A stretch of 59,109 nt of DNA, counting the filler, from Squatina squatina (Eukaryota): the NCBI GenBank assembly GCA_031763465.1. It is 3 parts of 3 records of this genome, joined end to end, with 100 filler letters (N's around TTAATTAATTAA, not from the genome) between each part and the next. Parts side by side here need not be neighbours in the genome. Positions count along the whole stretch, not along the records: positions 30,493 to 43,862 come from JARFOE010000203.1; positions 43,963 to 59,109 come from JARFOE010000234.1; 1 more part is not named here. One strand, 5' to 3'. The position numbers and the translations under genes are program-made. The notes beneath the pieces are model-generated. The model had not been told where the DNA came from and did not search any database. It saw only the letters and a program-made list of their open reading frames with translations. Each line of letters opens with the position of its first letter. Position 1 is the stretch's first letter. Shown one piece after another: positions 41,715 through 52,659 of this stretch.

Positions 41715-42170
41715 CCATAAACTCCAACTAAAATTGAGCTGCCAATATTTTGCCCTCCACTAAATCTTGCTTTCACCCAGTCCTTGTCCCCCACCACATT
41801 GAATTTAAAATACTCGTTCTTGTCTTGAAATCCTGCCACAGCCTCGCCCCACCCTATCTCTGCAACTTCCGCCAGCTTTGTATCCTCTGACTGGCTTTTT
41901 GTACATCCCTGTTTCCCTTGTAGACAGCCTTCAGTTGCCTTGGCCACATGCTCTAAAGCTCCCTCTCTAAATCCCATCTGTCTCTCTCTGCTTCACTTTA
42001 CAACTTTAACAACTCCTTAAAGTCCAACTTCAGGAGCAAGTTTTTCATCACCTCTCCTACCCTCACCTGGCGTCTGTTACTTTATCCCTTTTTATCAATT
42101 TTTTTTTCCACTTTTAGAAAGTGTCTAGGAACATTTTCTAATTTAAAGGTGATGTATCATTGAAAGATGT
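41715..42170 (+). mobile_element. L2-type LINE 3' fragment, old
   Basis: gaatttaaaatactcgttcttgtc...cacagcctcgccccaccctatctctgcaac resembles the reverse complement of 45190-45803. Confidence 0.6.
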
Positions 42171-42782
42171 AGTAAAAAGATATGTTTTTTATACAAACGT
42201 CTGTGATTTTTAATTTTGTCTCTTAAAACGTGAAGAGATGTTTTCTCTTTTGTGCTCTCTCTCCTACATTTTATTGCTCCTCAGGCTAGAAGTTTTTGTC
42301 CAAGGGGTGAGCGTAAAAGGGTTTTTTAAAAACATTGTCAGCGGTTGTGAGTAACACAAGGATTTTAATGTGCAGAGGCCAGTGCAGCGTGTGAACAACT
42401 GCTTGGTGTCCCAAGCTGCTGCATTTCTAATGAAGAGCAGATTTTGTACCGTTGAGTGAGCGCATTGTGTCTGAGGGACACACGGCCCCTGTCCCGCCAT
42501 TCAAATCTCCATAACAAAGTGTGAGTTTAGCTGCCTCTGCCATGGTGAGGTGAAATATGTGTGACCTCTGTATCCAGAAGCTGAGAGGGAAAGCCAGCCC
42601 CATGGCTCCTTCAGTGGCTCCCAATGCTAGCTCATTGTGTGTATTGGAAAAAGCTCACTGCTGCCCTGACCGTTGTATAGTCNNNNNNNNNNNNNNNNNN
42701 NNNNNNNNNNNNNNNNNNNNNNNNNNNNNNNNNNNNNNNNNNNNNNNNNNNNNNNNNNNNNNNNNNNNNNNNNNNNNNNNNN

Positions 42783-43083
42783 AACGTAGTAAAACGTCCC
42801 ACGGCGCTTCACAGGAGTGATATCAAACAAAATTTGAACACCGAGCAACATAAGGAGATATTAGGTCAGATTGCCAAAAGCTTGGGCAAGAAGTAGGTTT
42901 TAATGCTCCTCTTAAAGGAGGAGAGCGAGGCGGAGAAGTTTGCGTGGGAATTCCAGAGCTCTGAGCTTTGGCAACTGATGGTACGGCCACCAATGGGGGA
43001 GCGATTAAAATCAGGGATGCTCAAGAGGCCAGAATTGCAGGAGCACACGGATCTCAGAGGGTTATAGGGCTGGAGGAGGTTAC
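42783..43083 (-). mobile_element. L2-type LINE 3' end
   Basis: Clear similarity to 45222-45515 (aacgtagt, aaatttga, ccaaaagcttgg, tcagggatgctcaagagg). Confidence 0.8.
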
Positions 43084-43722
43084 ATTTCTTCAATTTAGAT
43101 CTTGGCAGTTTGGTCTAAGAAACATAAGGGTAGAAAATTCAGAAAATGTCAAGTTACTTTTTGAGGAGAAATGCTCTTGAAGTGATTTTTCTTGTGACAA
43201 TACAAAGAGTTTTGCACTTTATTGTATGTGATTCAGTCTATGCCTGATGTGAGCGTATTTGAAGCTGCCAATTCCCAGATAAGCAAAGTGGGTGGAGGCG
43301 GAGTGGGTAGGGGCAGCAGCCAGGGAATCCATTGCTATTCAGTGACTGCTATTGTTCCACTTCTTCACTTGTGTTGTTATCTCTCACTCCACTGATAAAT
43401 AGGAAGACATGATAATCTACTATAAGGAGCACATGTTCCACAGCCCACCAACAGTGGGTGCAAGTCACAGGTCTACCTCACACTCATTATCCAGCCCCAA
43501 GTGTGATGCCTGTGTTAATTCTTGCAGATGATACTGAAAAAGAATCACACATTGCCAAACATGCCTCCAGATAATAAATATTGACCACTGTGCCTTTTAG
43601 ATTAGACTGGGGTTGCAAAAAGCACCCATCATATGGAAAGGGAGATACTTAAAATTGACCTTAAAAAAAAAGCTCTTGTGAATCTCAGCCAGGATTATCT
43701 TCTGACCATGTCTGTTTTGCAG

Positions 43723-43843
43723 GGAAGTGGTGGAGTACATGGTTCAACATTTCAAACCTCAGATCTTTGGAGACAGAAAGCCAGTGTACGATGGGAAAAA
43801 GAATATTTATACAGCAACACTACTACCAATTGGCCAGGACCGG
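43723..43843 (+). CDS. AGO1: Argonaute 1, early internal exon (121 bp, N domain)
   Basis: Acceptor tctgttttgcag, donor gtatga. Reads (R)[40 protein letters not shown], nearly identical to AGO1 [31 protein letters not shown]. It is downstream of AGO4 on the same strand. Confidence 0.93.
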
Positions 43844-43862
43844 GTATGAGAAAATGCTGCTG

Positions 43863-43962
43863 NNNNNNNNNNNNNNNNNNNNNNNNNNNNNNNNNNNNNN
43901 NNNNNNTTAATTAATTAANNNNNNNNNNNNNNNNNNNNNNNNNNNNNNNNNNNNNNNNNNNN
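43863..43962. other. Artificial scaffold linker N44-TTAATTAATTAA-N44
   Basis: Identical cassette to 30393-30492. Confidence 0.95.
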
Positions 43963-44200
43963 CAGTCTTCAAGATTAATACCGTCCAAGTAATGTTTTAT
44001 AAAACTTAAGTGCAACTTTCTTGTAGTCAAGTTTTAAGAGAAATACACTGAAGTCTATTTAACTTGGATCGGAGTGATGCAAGGTGAATCTGATCTCCGA
44101 GTGTTTTACAAATCATCCCTGCACGCGTAAGAAGCAATGTGGCTAGAAGCAGTGGACCACTGCGGAACACCTATTCTACGAGGATGTCAGGTTATTCATT

Positions 44201-44873
44201 GGTCCGGAATTTGCGGTGGGGATGATAGCGAACTTGCAGAATTCTCCCTCATTCCGCGATTGAAACTGACCGCAACTGCGGGACTTAGCGCCACTCCGAA
44301 ATAGGATGCCCTACCAATCTGTCTCATCACAAATCAGGGAAACTAACTAAATCTTCGGCTCTTCTGCAGTAAGAACGCTGTTAAATTCTCCGCCGGGGTT
44401 TTGACAGCGCTACTACTGCTGAACAAATGTTAAGGGCCTGGAAAATTACATTTAATTTTGTGCAGTGTGAAATTTGTCCATTTTAATAAAAATTTAGATG
44501 GTCAAGAAACTTTTCAAAAATATTCTTTTTTTTTAAAGTTTGTCCATCTTTATTTCAGGTTTGCCTTTTCCCCATGTGAGAGTCCCAATCTTTGTTTTGC
44601 CCTCTCTAAAATATTTAAAAAGTTCAAATTTTAAGAGCTTACTCACTTCCTTGTTCGCCGTCGGAGATTTCTGCCTTTTGATTGGCTGCTTAGACAGCCT
44701 GTTGACATCACAGCAGTTCGCACAAGGGAGTCCCCAACAGCTTCCGTTGATTTGAATTGAAGGCCAGCAAACCCGAAGTTCTCGACACAGGGATCGCAAG
44801 ATCCTTGTGCGGAACATACTCTGGCACCAGCAACAACCGCCTCCGCTTCACTGTTGACCGCAAATTCCGGGCC
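44201..44873 (+). mobile_element. Complete MITE with 17-bp terminal inverted repeats and a 3-bp target duplication (PIF/Harbinger-like)
   Basis: Left end GGTCCGGAATTTGCGGT, right end ACCGCAAATTCCGGGCC (16/17 inverted match), with ATT flanking both sides and no coding capacity. Confidence 0.85.
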
Positions 44874-45012
44874 ATTCAGTCTGACTGCCAATGGGATTCA
44901 TCTGAACTCTGCCTGGTGGACAACACTGTTAGGTAGACATGGGACGACAACTCTGATTGCTTGCACATTCCAGGAGGTTTGGACTAAATTATTAAAGCAT
45001 GCTATGCTTTAC

Positions 45013-45141
45013 CTGAAGTGCAGATCCTGGCAAGCGAATTGTTCTTCAACAATACCTGTAGTCTTAACTCTGGACCTCAAGACATCTTGCTCATTTGGAA
45101 TAAAGCCAGCAGCTGTGATTCTGTCCAGATTATTCAAGTAG
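45013..45141 (-). CDS. GNAT2: Transducin-type G protein alpha subunit exon (129 bp, switch I), most like cone transducin GNAT2
   Basis: Acceptor tttctctcgatcag, donor gtaaag. Reads (Y)[55 protein letters not shown] is transducin-type and EEQF.C..LHFR resembles fish gnat2. The paralogue assignment is less certain than the family. Confidence 0.75.
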
Positions 45142-45189
45142 CTGATCGAGAGAAACAAATCAGATCTCTATGCATACCTGATTAATAAC

Positions 45190-45803
45190 AATAACAACAA
45201 CTTGTTTTTATATAGCGTCTTTAACGTAGTGAAACATCCCAAGGTGCTCCAAATTTGACACCGAGCCGCACAAGGAGAAATTAGGACAGGTGACCAAAAG
45301 CTTGGCCAAAAAGGTAGGTTTTAAGGAGCATCTTAAAGAAGGAAAGAGAGGTAGAAAGGTGGAGAGGTTTAGAGAGGGAATTCCTGAGCTTAGGGCCTGG
45401 GCAACAGAAGGCACGGCCACCAGTGGTGGAACGATTGTAATCAGGGATGCTCAAGAGGGCAAAATTAGAGGAGTACAGATAACTCGGTGGGGTTGTGGGG
45501 CAGGAGGAGATTACAGGTATAGGGTGGGGCGAGGCCACAGAGGGATTTGAAAACAAGTATGAGAATTTTTAACTCAAGGTGTTGTTTAGCTGGGAGCCAA
45601 TGTAGGTCAGCGAGCACGGGGTGAATGGTGAACGGGACCTGGTGCGAGCTGGGACACGAGCAGCCGAGTTTTGGATGAACTCAAGTTTACATAGGGTAGA
45701 ACATGGGAGGCCAGCCAGGAGAGCTTTGGAATAGTCAAGCTTAGAGGTAACAAGGATGAGGGTTTCAGCAGCGGATGAGCTGAAGCAAGGGTGGAGACGG
45801 GTG
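45190..45803 (-). mobile_element. L2-type LINE 3' region with (TTG)n tail
   Basis: The minus strand encodes SSAAETL..VTSKLDYSKALLAGLPCSTL.KLE.IQNSAARV, the L2 RT C-terminal motif. The tail aacaacaacttg is at the left end. Confidence 0.9.
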
Positions 45804-48800
45804 NNNNNNNNNNNNNNNNNNNNNNNNNNNNNNNNNNNNNNNNNNNNNNNNNNNNNNNNNNNNNNNNNNNNNNNNNNNNNNNNNNNNNNNNNNNNNNNNN
45901 NNNCAGTTTTCCAAAACTTTACGACATTCAGTACTGGAAAGTTGGAGTTATTAGAAAACATTCCTACTTTGATTTTCAGAATGACACAGGCAATTTGGTT
46001 TCACCGTTCGACACAGTGCCTTGCATAGACACCGTGACAATATAGCATGTTAGGAAACATGTGAAAATTCGGGGGAGGGGCTCAGACATGCAACATCATG
46101 AACCGGAGGCCTGTGGGTTTGGATTCCGTCACTTCACTGTTCCCAATCTCAGTGGCCGTGCTCCCGAATGGCAACCAGGAATCGCGTTGCAAGGTGGGGA
46201 AGGGGCAAAGAGGGGAGAGAAGGAAGTCCTAAATGGGGAAACTCCACTCAGCCATTCTCATGGCAACAAGCAATGAGGGTGCTCTGCCCACTTCACTTTC
46301 AGCCACAGAACGTGCACGGACCTGAAGCATCAACATGGGATGGAATAGGATAAAATACCCTCAAAATGCACGCACTCACGCATGCACGCAGACTTCAAGC
46401 AATGACCACAATGATTAGCTTCAACAATTTTGTTTTACACAGCAGGTGCGGTAAACAATATTGGTGTCAGAAAGCTAGCTTGGAGTAGATGCTGAGCCCA
46501 ACTGTAAATGGGAGCTAAATCAACAGTTGAGGATCGGGAATCCTAGGTTAACTCCCTCACCCTAACAAACCTTGACCACATGTTCAAGCCAGCTACCATT
46601 ATGGAACCATCACCTTTCACTGTATAAACTTTTTTTTTTTAAAAACAGAAGTTAAGATTGTTTGGAACAGAAAGTCTTGATATCAATTTAATACAGCTTT
46701 TCTAGCATGAAGACAGCAGTAAATTACCAGAATAGATATACATGATACATATGTATAACTGACCTGCACTTCTGTGGACGAACAAGGTGAGCCAGCTCAG
46801 CAAATCTCCAAAGTGCAGCCCGTAAACTCCTTGATGGGCCATTCTGTGCAACAGAGGGGAAAGAACTGCTGAAGCAGCACATAGTGGCACGCTGAAGAAA
46901 ATTGACTATGCAGCTCCCAAACCCAAGACCCCCACCACCTGGAAGAGCATCAGTGGCATGGGACCACCACCTGCAGATTTCCCTCCAAGTCATGCCCCAT
47001 CCCAAAGTGGACATATACATAACATAAGAAATAGGAAAGGATTAGGCCCTTCGGCCCCTCGAGCCTGCTCCACCATTCAATGAGATCATGGCTGATCAGA
47101 TTCTGGCCTTAACTCCACTTTCCCACCTGTTGCCCATAACCTTTAATTCCCTTGCTGCTCAAAAATCTGTCTATCTCAGCCTTGAATNNNNNNNNNNNNN
47201 NNNNNNNNNNNNNNNNNNNNNNNNNNNNNNNNNNNNNNNNNNNNNNNNNNNNNNNNNNNNNNNNNNNNNNNNNNNNNNNNNNNNNNNNNNNNNNNNNNNN
47301 NNNNNNNNNNNNNNNNNNNNNNNNNNNNNNNNNNNNNNNNNNNNNNNNNNNNNNNNNNNNNNNNNNNNNNNNNNNNNNNNNNNNNNNNNNNNNNNNNNNN
47401 NNNNNNNNNNNNNNNNNNNNNNNNNNNNNNNNNNNNNNNNNNNNNNNNNNNNNNNNNNNNNNNNNNNNNNNNNNNNNNNNNNNNNNNNNNNNNNNNNNNN
47501 NNNNNNNNNNNNNNNNNNNNNNNNNNNNNNNNNNNNNNNNNNNNNNNNNNNNNNNNNNNNNNNNNNNNNNNNNNNNNNNNNNNNNNNNNNNNNNNNNNNN
47601 NNNNNNNNNNNNNNNNNNNNNNNNNNNNNNNNNNNNNNNNNNNNNNNNNNNNNNNNNNNNNNNNNNNNNNNNNNNNNNNNNNNNNNNNNNNNNNNNNNNN
47701 NNNNNNNNNNNNNNNNNNNNNNNNNNNNNNNNNNNNNNNNNTGACTACACTCCAAAAGTACTTCATTGGCTGTAAAGCGCTTTGGGGCATCTGGAGGTTG
47801 TGAAAGTCTCTTTTTTTGTTTTAAATGCCAGCTTTGCCAGCAATGTATCCCAACAATACATCTCAAACTCCCAACTGCAAAATCCATCAGCAGCCCAGTT
47901 AAAATATTCCAGAATGTCCCATGGACAATCTACAAACTAGAACAGTTACTATCTATTAATATCTCTGTTTCTACAATTCAGAGCTTGTCGATACAACACT
48001 AACTGCCCTGAATAGGACTGTTCCAAAATCCCTACCATCTCTTTTAGGTTCAATGCTACTCAGCTTTAAACCATGTGGCCTGTACGTTCCAATTCAACCA
48101 CCTACCGACATTGCTATCAAGTCTAACCACACCACTAACCTAAATGTGAATCATTTTAACTCCGCTCCTGTCGAATCCCCAAAGATTACAACCAATATTT
48201 CTATTTGTAATGCTTGATTTGTTAAAGTTAAAATGCACTAGTGTGGAGACCTGAACATTTATACTAACTAAAGACCAATACTTATCGGTCACATAAGAAC
48301 ATACGAAATAAGAGACGACCATTCAGCCCTTCGAGCCTGCTCCGTCATTCTGATCTTAAAATAAATATGCAAGCTCTATAAATCACGAATGCACAGCTTG
48401 GTAGTACATTTTTAAATAATGGCCATGCATTCCATTCCCAGTAGCAAAGTTACCATTAACTTTTTTTGGAGAGCCGCGGCCACTTTAGGGGCCTGTGCAG
48501 CACATTCAAAATACCGCGCATGTGCGGTTTTTCCTATTTAAAAGCTGGTGAGCCGGCTGCGCGGGAGCTGCAGAGCGCTGCGCAGCCGTGCAGCTTAAAA
48601 GGGAACCTTGCCTCTCAACTATCTTCGAGTACCCTAGTTAAAGATATTCCACGGACAATATATAATTACGGTAAACTCACCAACCAGAAATTCTGCTCCA
48701 CAGAATTACTTCTTATAAACATTTCTCTACTCGCTTACCAACCTTTTTAATTTCTTTATACAATTCTAGTTGTAAGCGAGGCAGATTTGAGTCAGTCAGG

Positions 48801-49074
48801 GCCTGTCAAAACAAACAAGAATGTGATAGATTGGGTATTAAGAATTTCCATTTAACATTATGCCACAGCCTAGCTGGAGATGAAATGTTAAAACTGCAGG
48901 AAACACAAATTCTAACATATTAGTGTATGGAGCAGTCGAATGAACCTTGACCTTTCCAAATGTAATTGCAAACAGGTTAAAGAAATTATGGCTCCGGGCC
49001 AGAATTATCCACTCATTACTTCGACTTCCCTATTTTCTCTTCCTCCTCCCCATGTCTTCACTGTGTTGAAATCA

Positions 49075-49343
49075 GATTCCTTGCCTGGATGAGTGCAGCT
49101 CCAATGACACTCACGAAGCTCGACTCCATCCTGGATGAAGCAGCCCGCTTGATTAATAACCCCATCCACCACCTTCAACATTCACTCCCTCAGTCACCGG
49201 CGCGCCGTGGCTGCAGTGTGCACCATCTAGAAGATGCACTGCAGCAACTCGCTAAGGCTTCTTTGGCAGAACCTCAAACCCACGATCTCTACCACCTACA
49301 AGTACAGGGGCAGCAGGCACATAGGAGCACCATCACCAGCAAG
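49075..49343 (+). mobile_element. Non-LTR retrotransposon RT C-terminal fragment
   Basis: Encodes LAWMSAAP.TL.KLDSI.DEAARLI and KMHCSNSLRLL; same family as 20540-20953. Confidence 0.75.
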
Positions 49344-49940
49344 TTCCCCTCCAAGTCACACACNNNNNNNNNNNNNNNNNNNNNNNNNNNNNNNNNNNNN
49401 NNNNNNNNNNNNNNNNNNNNNNNNNNNNNNNNNNNNNNNNNNNNNNNNNNNNNNNNNNNNNNNGGCCACACATATATACACAAACACACACACATACACA
49501 CTCACTCTGTGGTACACGCATTAGCAAGCACCTCGACAGCAAGTGCATGTGCGCATAGGCCCATTCTACTGAAATAAAATCCAGCCAAGTCACTCTTGAA
49601 TCACGGGTTGCAAATAGCGCGCCACATTTACATTGCTGTGCTTCTTCTGTTTTAAAAAAATAATTCAAAATAAACTTTTAAATAGATAATTCCAAAGTCT
49701 TTCCTGCTAAAATTAATGTGTGCATTCAAGTGGTACTTAATATATGGCTTTTTGTACAACTTTAGTGAAAATATACATCTAGGACATAATTCAAGTACAA
49801 ATGTACAAAATATGTAAACTCATACAGCAGTTCTTTTTTCTTGAAATATAATACATTTTAATACATGTTCCCAGTTTAACCTGAAATCCATCGGTTTCCT
49901 CTTTTCTTCTGTTCAAGGGACTCCATGGTTGCCTTGGCAA

Positions 49941-49997
49941 CTACTGAATTCTTGCAGGGTCGTCTTCATCATCACTGAAGCTGCTTTTGAAACAGAT
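49941..49997 (-). CDS. GRK4: Probable last coding exon of a GRK4-subfamily kinase
   Basis: Acceptor cattctcttgctccag. Reads ICFKSSFSDDEDDPARIQ*, resembling GRK4/6 C-termini (C...SDSEEE.PTRL). It is downstream of the GRK4-like exon on the same strand. Confidence 0.6.
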   Translation of the reverse strand: MCFKSSFSDDEDDPARIQ

Positions 49998-50054
49998 CTG
50001 GAGCAAGAGAATGATGAACGAAACAAGAAAAAACGCACACATTAGTTATCGGAA

Positions 50055-50297
50055 CTGGTCTCCATACCCAAGGAAAGACGTACCTGCCTTAGAGGCCGTG
50101 CAACGAAGGTTCACCAGACTGATCCCTGATGAGAGGGTTGTCCTATGAGGAGAGATTGGGCCTATACTCTCTGGAGTTCAGAAGAATGAGAGGTGATCTC
50201 ATTGACACGTAAAAGATTCAGAGGGGGATTGGCAGGGTAGATACTGAGAGGTTGTTTCCCCCCGGCTGGGGTGGGTGGGGGTGGGGTCTAGAACCAG
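50055..50297 (+). mobile_element. CR1-type LINE fragment
   Basis: gccttagaggccgtgcaacgaaggttcaccagactgat...gaagaatgagaggtgatctcattga, similar to 41120-41300. Confidence 0.8.
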
Positions 50298-50547
50298 NNN
50301 NNNNNNNNNNNNNNNNNNNNNNNNNNNNNNNNNNNNNNNNNNNNNNNNNNNNNNNNNNNNNNNNNNNNNNNNNNNNNNNNNNNNNNNNNNNNNNNNNGGC
50401 AAAGTGTGAATTGGGTCCTCACACTTTATTGCACCCATCAAAAATTCTGCCAGGGACTGGCAGAGTATTATTATGGGTGCAATCAATGGGAGCTAGGTTG
50501 TATGATGTATGTCCTTGACTTGTGACACACTTGTAAGTCACTTGTCA

Positions 50548-50800
50548 CAGGTGGATGTAAAAGATTCTTCAGCACTATTTCAAAGAAGAGCATGGGAGTT
50601 CTCCATGAATTTTTTGCCAGCATTTTCGCTGAACTAACATCTAAAACAGATTATCTAATCAGTTAATCAGTTATCTCATTGCTGTCTGTGGGAGCTTGCT
50701 GTGCGCAAATTGGCTGCCGTGTTTCCGTACTTTACAACAATGGCGACACATCAAAAGAACCTCATTGACTTTAAAGGGCTTTGGAATGCCCTGAGGTCTA
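50548..50800 (+). mobile_element. DeuSINE (SacSINE1/AmnSINE1-like) fragment; a 3' end of the same family is at 47742-47810
   Basis: caggtggatgtaaaagat...gcactatttcaaagaagagca...acagattatct...ttgctgtctgtgggagcttgctgtgcgcaaattggctgcc matches the Deu-domain as I recall it. Confidence 0.75.
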
Positions 50801-51358
50801 TGCCACTGCCAAGGGGTATCTCCTCATGATGAGCACAGGGAATAGTTTAATGTGCATCTGTGAAGTACTTGAAGCTCTCCCGATTACTGGGCAGTAATCC
50901 ATTGCTAAGTGAGCGGGAAGCCCAAAGCCTTCCAGCAGCAATGGACAAATTCATGGGAAACAGTGCTGGACCCCTCCACTCATCCTGCTACTGTCTACAA
51001 GAAGGCAAATAACTCCTCAANNNNNNNNNNNNNNNNNNNNNNNNNNNNNNNNNNNNNNNNNNNNNNNNNNNNNNNNNNNNNNNNNNNNNNNNNNNNNNNN
51101 NNNNNNNNNNNNNNNNNNNNCTTAACACCTCCAGGACGGGGGGGGGGCAGGGAAAGAGACGACGGAGGGGGAGGGGGCGGGAACAGGAAGGAGGGCGCGA
51201 CAGAAAGGAAAACTGGCAAGAAAAGGAAGAGGGAAAGCAATGAATCACATTTTTGGATGCATTTTTAAAATCGCAAAAGCGAGAATTTGAAAATTTCACA
51301 CATGGAATTTCTCCATAGTTCAAGAGAGCAGCATTTATAGAAAAGCTACAGAACATAC

Positions 51359-51436
51359 CCCATTGTTGAAATAGGTCTCTAAAAGCTGGAGTCCGCAATC
51401 CCGCCTCTTCTCATCTGGAGCCACTTCATAATCTGC
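51359..51436 (-). CDS. GRK4: G protein-coupled receptor kinase 4, RH-domain exon (78 bp)
   Basis: Acceptor ttgtttgttttcag, donor gtatgt. Reads ADYEVAPDEKRRDCGLQLLETYFNNG, like GRK4 [25 protein letters not shown]. The neighbouring NOP14 and MFSD10 exons favour GRK4 over GRK5/6. Confidence 0.85.
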
Positions 51437-51589
51437 CTGAAAACAAACAATCAGCCCATTGTCAGCGATACGGTGGAGCCAAGGTAACAATTGCAACAGC
51501 CTGGTGTACCCATATTGCCTTTCCTCAAATGTGACTGCGGAGAGGAATTCAACAGCACCCTTTCTGGGATCAGGGACTGCTCTCGAACT

Positions 51590-52118
51590 GTAGAGGGACA
51601 GAGGGACACTAGGTGTGCACGTCCAGAGATCCCTGAATGTAGCAGGACAGGGAGATGAGGTGGTGAAGACGACATACGGGATACTTGCCTTTATCAGCAG
51701 GGGTGTAGAATACAAGAGCAGGGAGGTTATACTGGAACTGTACAAAACACCAGTTAGGCCACAGCTGGAGCACTGCCTGCTGTTCNNNNNNNNNNNNNNN
51801 NNNNNNNNNNNNNNNNNNNNNNNNNNNNNNNNNNNNNNNNNNNNNNNNNNNNNNNNNNNNNNNNNNNNNNNNNNNNNNNNNNNNNAGATGAGGAGAAATT
51901 TCTTCACTCAGAGGGTTGTGGGTGCTCAGTCGTTGAGTATATACTGAGATCGATAGATCTTTGGACTCCAAGATATCTTTTTTGGGCGCTAAAGGAATCA
52001 AGAGATATGGGAATCGAGCGGGAAAGTGGAGTTGAGGTTCAAGATTGGCCATGATCTTACTAAATTGCGAAGCAAGTTTGAGGGGCCATATGGCCTACTC
52101 TAGCTCCTAATTCTTACC
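51590..52118 (+). mobile_element. CR1-type LINE 3' region spanning a gap
   Basis: Encodes YGILAFISRGVEYKSREVILELYKTPVRPQLEHC and MRRNFFTQRVV, followed by the CR1 tail ggcctactctagctcctaattcttac. Confidence 0.9.
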
Positions 52119-52403
52119 TTAACTCCAACAGTACAGATGTGCCAACCCAACTCCAGCAGTACAGATATGGCAAGTGGCAACCCAACTTCAGTAGTGCAGC
52201 TCTAACCATGCAGCTGTTCCTGTCAGGCCAGCTGTTGCATCCCCATAATGATACAAGGCAGATATGATTTTTATAAAGTTCCTCAAACATCTGTTGCTAC
52301 TAGCACAGAGCCAAGTCCTGGATGTGTGTCAGCAGAGTCTCAGGCATGGACCCACGTTAGCCCCCAAAACAATGACTCTCACTAACAGAAGCCCATGACT
52401 TAC

Positions 52404-52659
52404 CAGGAAAAGTAAAAGGGAGTTCGGTCTTGGCTGCTTCCATCATAGCTTTCTTTGCTTCTTCACTTGGTACCTTCTCTCTACTCGAGGTGGACTTAGC
52501 CATTCTCTTATCATCTGCACCTTCGCCCTTCTCACTTTCAGCACTGGAGTCCAGCTCGGAATGGCTGTCATCCTCTAGATCTGAATGACTGTCTTCGTCA
52601 TTCTCTTCACTTTGGCTCTCTTCCTCGTTTTCATCCTCATCACTGTCTTCAATCCATGT
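52404..52659 (-). other. NOP14: NOP14-like exon fragment (acidic region to ELPFTF) lacking its own 5' part and acceptor
   Basis: Reads ...EDSDEDENEEESQSEENDEDSHSDLED...EAKKAMMEAAKTELPFTFP then a phase-1 donor gtaagt. It resembles NOP14 DSHLDLES...DELPYTF, and NOP14 normally sits between GRK4 and MFSD10. Confidence 0.75.
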
